Below are positions 1 to 4,573 of a stretch of DNA of 4,573 nt, in pieces. Both the position numbers and the translations under genes were made by a program. The stretch is from the IMG/VR virus record IMGVR_UViG_2700989367_000011; one strand, given 5' to 3'. Within the stretch, counting starts at the first letter, position 1; every line of letters begins with the position of its first letter. The notes under the pieces were generated by a model. The model made no database searches and was not told the DNA's origin. It saw only the letters and a program-made list of their open reading frames with translations. This DNA comes from a virus (Duplodnaviria; Heunggongvirae; Uroviricota; Caudoviricetes).

Positions 1-413
1 GCCTGTCATGGGCTGTTAATCATTACCGTGATAACGCCATTACCTACAAAGAGCAGCGCGACAAAAACGCAAGAGAACTGAAGCTGGCGAACGCAACCAT
101 TACTGACATGCAGCAGAGACAGCGTGATGTTAATGCACTCGATGCTAAATACACGAAGGAGTTAGCTGATGCGAAAGCTGAAAATGAAACTCTGCGCGCT
201 GATGTTGCCGCTGGTCGTCGTCGGTTGCACATCAAAGCAGTCTGTCAGTCAGTGCGTGAAGCCACCACCGCCTCCGGCGTGGATAATGCAACCAGCCCCC
301 GACTGGCAGACACCGCTGAACGGGATTATTTCACCCTCAGAGAGCGGCTGATGACGATGCAGATGCAACTGGAAGGGGCACAGGAGTATATCCGCACTCA
401 GTGCATTAAGTAG
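1..413 (+). CDS. Rz: Rz i-spanin (inner-membrane spanin subunit), 5'-partial; codon phase starts at nt 3, stop TAG 411-413
   Basis: The frame is open from the window edge. Its translation ([136 protein letters not shown]) is near-collinear with phage lambda Rz as I recall it. The ATG at 108 is internal, not the start. Confidence 0.92.
   Translation, partial: LSWAVNHYRDNAITYKEQRDKNARELKLANATITDMQQRQRDVNALDAKYTKELADAKAENETLRADVAAGRRRLHIKAVCQSVREATTASGVDNATSPRLADTAERDYFTLRERLMTMQMQLEGAQEYIRTQCIK
169..351 (+). CDS. Rz1: Rz1 o-spanin (outer-membrane lipoprotein), embedded in the +1 frame of Rz
   Basis: 60-aa [63 protein letters not shown] with a signal peptide, a lipobox (VVGC, Cys at about residue 20) and a proline-rich mature part. 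AGGAG at 157-161 sits 7 nt upstream of ATG 169. The gene lies wholly inside Rz, the classic lambda Rz/Rz1 arrangement. Confidence 0.88.
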   Translation: MRKLKMKLCALMLPLVVVGCTSKQSVSQCVKPPPPPAWIMQPAPDWQTPLNGIISPSESG

Positions 414-455
414 CCTTTTTATCGTGGTAAACATTTCGCAGGGTATGAGGTATTT

Positions 456-727
456 ATGCCATCACTAATCCCACGTGCCTGCCGTAAGCGTGGATGTGCA
501 GGTACAACCACAGACAGTTCGGGTTACTGCGATAAACATCGCGGTGAAGGCTGGGTGCAGCACCAGCGCGGACTGAGCCGCCACCAGCGTGGCTATGGCT
601 CAAAATGGACGGTGATTCGTGCCCGTATTCTGAAGCGCGATAAAGGTCTGTGTCAGTTGTGTCTGCGTGTCGGTGTGGTGAGCGAGGCGAAAACCGTCGA
701 CCACATCATCCCGAAAGCGCATGGCGG
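456..727 (+). CDS. HNH endonuclease (phage packaging-associated type), 3' end lost in the N gap
   Basis: ATG 456 is preceded by GAGG (447-450) at 5-nt spacing. The translation has zinc-finger-like Cys pairs (CRKRGC, GLCQLC) and the start of an HNH motif (VDHIIPKAHGG) just before the N run. Its position directly upstream of the terminase genes matches HK97-like phages. Confidence 0.85.
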
Positions 728-950
728 NNNNNNNNNNNNNNNNNNNNNNNNNNNNNNNNNNNNNNNNNNNNNNNNNNNNNNNNNNNNNNNNNNNNNNNNN
801 NNNNNNNNNNNNNNNNNNNNNNNNNNNNNNNNNNNNNNNNNNNNNNNNNNNNNNNNNNNNNNNNNNNNNNNNNNNNNNNNNNNNNNNNNNNNNNNNNNNN
901 NNNNNNNNNNNNNNNNNNNNNNNNNNNNNNNNNNNNNNNNNNNNNNNNNN
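728..950. other. Assembly gap (223 consecutive N)
   Basis: An uninterrupted run of n characters. It masks the 3' end of the HNH gene, the HNH-terS intergenic region and the 5' end of the small terminase gene. Confidence 0.99.
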
Positions 951-951
951 T

Positions 952-1344
952 GTTTTTACGCCCATCAAAGGTGTTGAGCCACCAGAGTGGTTCGCTGAAG
1001 AAGATCTCCCTCTCGCCACGATCATGTGGCAACTGACAACCAAAGAACTCTGCGGTCAGGGCCTGCTGTGCGTGACTGACCTGGCGGTACTTGAGCGGTG
1101 GTGCGTGGCCTATGAGTTCTGGCGACGTGCCGTGAAAAATATTGCCATACAGGGCAACACCATCACCGGTGCAATGGGCGGCAGGGTCAAAAATCCGGAG
1201 CTGACCGCCAAAAAAGAACAGGAGTCCGAGATGAGCAGCACGGGGGCAATGCTCGGACTCGACCCCAGCAGCCGCCAGCGTCTGATTGGCCTGGCGGGGC
1301 AGAAGAAAGCCACTAACCCGTTTCTGAAAATTATCGAATCATGA
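952..1344 (+). CDS. Terminase small subunit (P27 family), 5' end lost in the N gap
   Basis: The reading frame is open from the gap to TGA 1342-1344. The translation ([130 protein letters not shown]) fits the P27-family pattern as I recall it (PEW..E, GLL..D...L..YC.AY..W, LGL.P.SR.RL). The stop overlaps the terL start in ATGA. Confidence 0.85.
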   Translation, partial: VFTPIKGVEPPEWFAEEDLPLATIMWQLTTKELCGQGLLCVTDLAVLERWCVAYEFWRRAVKNIAIQGNTITGAMGGRVKNPELTAKKEQESEMSSTGAMLGLDPSSRQRLIGLAGQKKATNPFLKIIES

Positions 1345-3074
1345 GCCGGAAATCTTACCCCAACGTAAATGCTGCAAATCAGTATGCCCGGGATGTCGTG
1401 CGCGGAAAGATTGTTGCCTGCCAGTTTGTGATTCAGGCCTGCCAGCGCCATCTTGATGACCTGATGGCGGAAAAAAGTAAGTCGTTTCGTTACCGCTTCG
1501 ACAAGGACCTGGCTGAACGGGCCGCGAAATTTATTCAGCTGTTGCCGCACACCAAGGGGGAGTGGGCATTCAAACGGATGCCCATCACGCTGGAGCCGTG
1601 GCAGCTATTTGTGATCTGCTGTGCGTTTGGCTGGGTCAATAAAGGCACCCGGTTGCGCCGCTTCCGGGAGGTGTACACCGAAATCCCCCGTAAGAACGGC
1701 AAATCAGCAATCTCTGCCGGTGTTGCCCTGTATTGTTTTGCCTGTGATAACGAGTTTGGCGCGGAAGTGTATTCCGGTGCCACGACAGAGAAACAGGCGT
1801 GGGAAGTCTTTCGCCCGGCGCGACTGATGTGTAAACGCACACCCATGCTGACGGAAGCGTTCGGGATTGAGGTTAACGCCTCAAACATGAACCGTCCGGA
1901 GGATGGCGCGCGGTTTGAACCGCTGATCGGCAACCCAGGTGATGGTTCATCACCCCACTGTGCCGTGGTTGATGAATATCACGAGCATGCCACCGATGCG
2001 CTTTATACCACAATGCTTACCGGGATGGGGGCGCGACGTCAGCCACTGATGTGGGCCATCACCACCGCCGGGTACAACATTGAGGGGCCGTGCTACGACA
2101 AGCGGCGGGAAGTCATCGAGATGCTCAACGGCTCGGTGCCTAACGATGAACTGTTCGGGATCATCTATACCGTTGATGAAGGTGACGACTGGACCGGCCC
2201 GCAGGTGCTGGAAAAAGCCAATCCAAATATTGGCGTGTCGGTTTATCGCGAATTTTTGTTAAGTCAGCAGCAGCGTGCGAAAAATAACGCCCGTCTGGCA
2301 AACGTCTTTAAAACAAAACACCTCAATATCTGGGTGTCGGCGCGTTCGGCGTATTTCAACTTGGTGAGCTGGCAGAGCTGCGAGGATAAATCACTGACCC
2401 TTGAGCAGTTCGAGGGGCAGCCGTGCATTCTGGCCTTTGACCTGGCGCGTAAGCTGGATATGAACAGCATGGCGCGACTTTATACCCGCGAGATTGACGG
2501 TAAAACGCATTACTACAGTGTGGCCCCGCGTTTCTGGGTACCGTATGACACGGTGTACAGCGTCGAGAAAAATGAAGATCGACGGACAGCCGAACGCTTT
2601 CAGAAATGGGTGGAAATGGGCGTTCTGACCGTTACCGATGGTGCGGAGGTGGATTATCGCTACATCCTCGAGGAGGCCAAAGCGGCGAACAAAATCAGCC
2701 CGGTCAGTGAGTCACCCATCGACCCCTTCGGGGCGACCGGGTTGTCACATGACCTTGCTGATGAAGACCTGAATCCCGTCACTATCGTCCAGAACTTCAC
2801 CAATATGTCCGATCCGATGAAAGAGCTGGAAGCAGCGATTGAATCGGGACGTTTTCATCATGACGGCAATCCCATCATGACCTGGTGTATCGGCAACGTG
2901 GTCGGCAAAAACATGCCGGGTAACGATGATGTGGTGAAACCCGTCAAAGAGCAGGCGGAAAACAAAATCGATGGTGCAGTTGCGCTGATTATGGCGGTTG
3001 GCAGAGCCATGCTGTACGAGAAAGAAGACACGCTGTCTGACCACATTGAGTCCTACGGGATCCGCTCGCTTTAA
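1341..3074 (+). CDS. terL: Terminase large subunit (HK97 / Terminase_1 type), ATPase plus nuclease
   Basis: 577-aa ORF with a Walker A-like motif IPRKNGKS and a Walker B-like motif [11 protein letters not shown] in the N-terminal ATPase half, and acidic residues in the C-terminal half ([22 protein letters not shown]) consistent with the nuclease domain. Its size and position between terS and portal fit. The ATG at 1341 overlaps the terS stop. Confidence 0.95.
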   Translation: MSRKSYPNVNAANQYARDVVRGKIVACQFVIQACQRHLDDLMAEKSKSFRYRFDKDLAERAAKFIQLLPHTKGEWAFKRMPITLEPWQLFVICCAFGWVNKGTRLRRFREVYTEIPRKNGKSAISAGVALYCFACDNEFGAEVYSGATTEKQAWEVFRPARLMCKRTPMLTEAFGIEVNASNMNRPEDGARFEPLIGNPGDGSSPHCAVVDEYHEHATDALYTTMLTGMGARRQPLMWAITTAGYNIEGPCYDKRREVIEMLNGSVPNDELFGIIYTVDEGDDWTGPQVLEKANPNIGVSVYREFLLSQQQRAKNNARLANVFKTKHLNIWVSARSAYFNLVSWQSCEDKSLTLEQFEGQPCILAFDLARKLDMNSMARLYTREIDGKTHYYSVAPRFWVPYDTVYSVEKNEDRRTAERFQKWVEMGVLTVTDGAEVDYRYILEEAKAANKISPVSESPIDPFGATGLSHDLADEDLNPVTIVQNFTNMSDPMKELEAAIESGRFHHDGNPIMTWCIGNVVGKNMPGNDDVVKPVKEQAENKIDGAVALIMAVGRAMLYEKEDTLSDHIESYGIRSL

Positions 3075-3085
3075 CTGAGGTAATT

Positions 3086-3268
3086 ATGATCATGCTGATT
3101 CTCGCGCCTCTGGTGGGCGTGCTGGGTGCGCTTTTGCTGGCGTATGGTGCCTGGCTGATTTATCCCCCGGCGGGTTTTGTTGTTGCCGGGGCGCTGTGCC
3201 TGTTCTGGTCGTGGCTGGTGGCGCGATATCTCGACCGTACACGGCAGTCTGTCGGCGGAGGTAAATAG
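3086..3268 (+). CDS. Small hypothetical membrane protein (60 aa, two predicted transmembrane helices)
   Basis: GAGG (3077-3080) lies 5 nt upstream of ATG 3086. The translation [60 protein letters not shown] has two hydrophobic stretches separated by a YPPAG turn and a basic C-terminal tail. Its TAG stop (3266-3268) overlaps the portal GTG start. I do not recognise the family. Confidence 0.5.
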   Translation: MIMLILAPLVGVLGALLLAYGAWLIYPPAGFVVAGALCLFWSWLVARYLDRTRQSVGGGK

Positions 3269-4424
3269 TGTTCTTTTCGGGATTATTTCAACGAAAAAGC
3301 GATGTGCCGGTGACCACGCCAGCAGAACTGCTGATGCTATCGGGCTGTCATACGACACCTATACCGGAAAGCGGATCAGTAGCCAGCGGGCCATGCGCCT
3401 GACGGCGGTCTATTCTTGCGTCAGGGTGCTGGCAGAGTCTGTTGGTATGCTGCCCTGCAGTCTCTACAAAATCAGCGGTACCCTGAAAACACGGGCGGTG
3501 GATGAACGACTGCATAAGTTGGTTTCGGCAAAACCTAATGGCTACATGACACCGCAGGAATTCTGGGAGCTGGTTATTGTCTGCCTGTGTCTACGGGGGA
3601 ATTTTTACGCCTACAAGGTAAAGGCACTGGGAGAAGTGGTGGAGCTTCTTCCGATAGATCCGGGCTGTGTGGAACCGAAGCTGAACAGCCAGTGGCAGCC
3701 GGTTTATCAGGTGACGTTTCCGGATGGTTCCGTGGATGTGTTGACCCAGAATGAAATCTGGCATGTGCGCACCCTGACGCTGGATGGACTTGTCGGGCTG
3801 AATCCCATTGCGTATGCGCGTGAGGCCATTTCACTGGCAGCGGCAACCGAGGAGCACGGTGCCAGGTTGTTTAGTAATGGTGCGGTGACATCCGGTGTGT
3901 TGCGTACGGAACAAAAGCTCACGCCGGATGCTTACGAGCGTCTGAAGAAAGATTTTGAGGAGTGTCACACGGGGCTTGGCAATGCTCACCGCCCGATGAT
4001 TCTGGAAATGGGGCTGGACTGGAAGTCGATGGCGCTGAACGCCGAGGACAGTCAGTTCCTGGAAACCCGCAAGTTTCAGCTGGAAGAAATCTGTCGTCTG
4101 TTCCGGGTGCCGTTGCACATGGTGCAGAACACCGATCGCGCCACCTTCAACAATATCGAAGAGCTGGGGCTGGGATTTATCAACTATTCACTGGTGCCGT
4201 ATCTGACCCGCATCGAACAGCGGATCAACACCGGACTGGTACGAAAAAGTAAGCAGGGCGTTTATTACGCCAAATTTAACGCCGGGGCGTTACTGCGCGG
4301 GGATATGAAGTCCCGTTTTGAAGCCTACGCCACCGGGATCAACTGGGGAATTTACTCTTCCAATGACTGCCGCGACCTGGAAGATATGAATCCGCGTCCC
4401 GGTGGTGTAATGCCGATCAGTTAA
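3268..4424 (+). CDS. Phage portal protein (HK97 family), apparently disrupted: N-terminus in a different frame from the body, and the 3' end runs into the IS4 terminal repeat
   Basis: GGAGG (3257-3261) lies 6 nt upstream of GTG 3268, and that frame gives a portal-like N-terminus MFFSGLFQRKSDVPVTTPAELLMLSG before stopping at 3400-3402. The portal body (…ISSQRAMRLTAVYSCVRVLAESVGMLPCSLY… to …GINWGIYSSNDCRDLEDMNPRPGG) is in the frame shifted by one and has no ATG/GTG/TTG start before ATG 3393. The final codons VMPIS and the stop (4407-4424) are read from the IS4 end. The ORF-track start at TTG 3177 is not supported. Confidence 0.8.
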
Positions 4425-4425
4425 G
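4408..4425 (+). repeat. Putative IS4 terminal inverted repeat (left)
   Basis: TAATGCCGATCAGTTAAG is immediately followed by a second GATCAGTT copy (the octamer repeats at 4415-4422 and 4426-4433). The other inverted-repeat copy and the target duplication are outside the window, so this cannot be confirmed here. Confidence 0.5.
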
Positions 4426-4457
4426 GATCAGTTGACCGATCCAGTGGCTGTGTAAGA

Positions 4458-4491
4458 ATCCGGAAACGCTCACTTGTTTCCGGATTTTTTT
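4458..4491 (+). terminator. Intrinsic-terminator-like hairpin (10-bp perfect stem, 8-nt loop, T7 run) inside the IS4 end, ending directly at the transposase ATG
   Basis: ATCCGGAAAC (4458-4467) pairs perfectly with GTTTCCGGAT (4476-4485), with loop GCTCACTT, followed by a run of T through 4491. The only Shine-Dalgarno-like element for ATG 4492 (GGA 4482-4484) lies in the 3' arm of the stem. Confidence 0.5.
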
Positions 4492-4573
4492 ATGCACATT
4501 GGACAGGCTCTTGATCTGGTATCCCGTTACGATTCTCTGCGTAACCCACTGACTTCTCTGGGGGATTACCTCG
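4492..4573 (+). CDS. insG: IS4 transposase, N-terminal 27 codons (3'-partial; runs off the window)
   Basis: The translation MHIGQALDLVSRYDSLRNPLTSLGDYL matches the N-terminus of the E. coli IS4 transposase InsG as I remember it. The frame is open to the window end. Confidence 0.8.
   Translation, partial: MHIGQALDLVSRYDSLRNPLTSLGDYL

Larger units (their letters stand above)
4408..4573 (+). mobile_element. IS4 insertion sequence, left end (partial; continues beyond the window)
   Basis: The sequence from TAATGCCGATCAGTTAAG (4408-4425) onward matches my recollection of the IS4 terminus, and the ORF at 4492 has the N-terminus of the IS4 transposase. Three GATC sites fall within 27 bp of the end (4415, 4426, 4438). 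The exact boundary is from memory and should be verified. Confidence 0.72.

Noticed and set aside
44-235. Minus-strand 63-aa ORF antisense to Rz
   Set aside because: It is embedded antisense in Rz/Rz1 with a Cys/Ser/Ala-rich low-complexity translation and no start context.
108-413. ATG 108 as the start of a 101-aa gene
   Set aside because: The frame is open upstream to the window edge and the upstream translation ([16 protein letters not shown]…) continues the Rz homology, so this is the 3' part of a longer Rz gene and the methionine is internal.
600-1043. ORFs that span the N run (650-1036 +, 600-1043 -, 706-1032 -)
   Set aside because: They are open only because N codons cannot be stop codons; they are artefacts of the gap.
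1110-1933. Minus-strand ORFs 1110-1550 (146 aa) and 1535-1933 (132 aa)
   Set aside because: They lie antisense inside the strongly supported terS/terL coding sequence, have no recognisable motifs and a low-complexity composition; they are typical shadow ORFs of a GC-rich coding strand.
1621-2262. Plus-strand alternative-frame ORFs inside terL (1621-1827, 2080-2262)
   Set aside because: They are out-of-frame overlaps of terL; the terL frame explains the region.
2745-3358. Minus-strand ORFs 2745-3044, 2858-3046 and 3071-3358
   Set aside because: They are antisense to terL and the small membrane ORF, with no ribosome-binding site or homology signal, and are most likely spurious.
3574-4252. Alternative-frame ORFs inside the portal gene (3574-3846 -, 3707-3922 -, 3831-4118 -, 3962-4252 +)
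   Set aside because: They are fully embedded in the portal coding region, whose frame carries the recognisable portal homology, and they have Pro/Arg/Gly-rich shadow-frame composition.
3177-4424. ORF-track 415-aa version of the portal starting at TTG 3177
   Set aside because: The first 30 or so codons overlap the small membrane ORF in another frame, have no ribosome-binding site and give a non-portal-like N-terminus ([15 protein letters not shown]…). The supported start is GTG 3268 in a different frame, with the body joined by a frameshift.
4458-4491. Hairpin plus T-run read as the natural terminator of the phage late operon after the portal gene
   Set aside because: In HK97-type modules the portal is followed directly by the protease and capsid genes in the same operon. 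Here the hairpin lies inside the IS4 end, downstream of the putative terminal repeat, so it is better explained as an IS-internal element.
1-4573. CRISPR arrays, tRNA or rRNA genes
   Set aside because: No regularly spaced direct repeats, cloverleaf-like conserved tRNA blocks or rRNA-like sequence were seen; the window is almost entirely protein-coding.

Overview
This window is a bacteriophage or prophage late-region segment from an enterobacterial, lambdoid-type genome, with every supported gene on the + strand. In order it contains: the 3' part of the lambda-type spanin gene Rz with Rz1 embedded in its +1 frame; an HNH endonuclease gene; a 223-nt run of N (an assembly gap) that hides the HNH 3' end, the probable cos region and the 5' end of the small terminase gene; a P27-type small terminase gene; an HK97-type large terminase gene (577 aa); a 60-aa two-helix membrane ORF of unknown function; and an HK97-type portal gene. 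The portal gene looks damaged twice: its N-terminal codons are in a different frame from the body, and its last five codons and stop are supplied by what I recognise from memory as the left end of IS4, whose transposase gene starts at 4492 and runs off the window. No rRNA, tRNA or CRISPR array is visible. All homology statements rest on reading the translations and on recall of the protein families; no database search was run.
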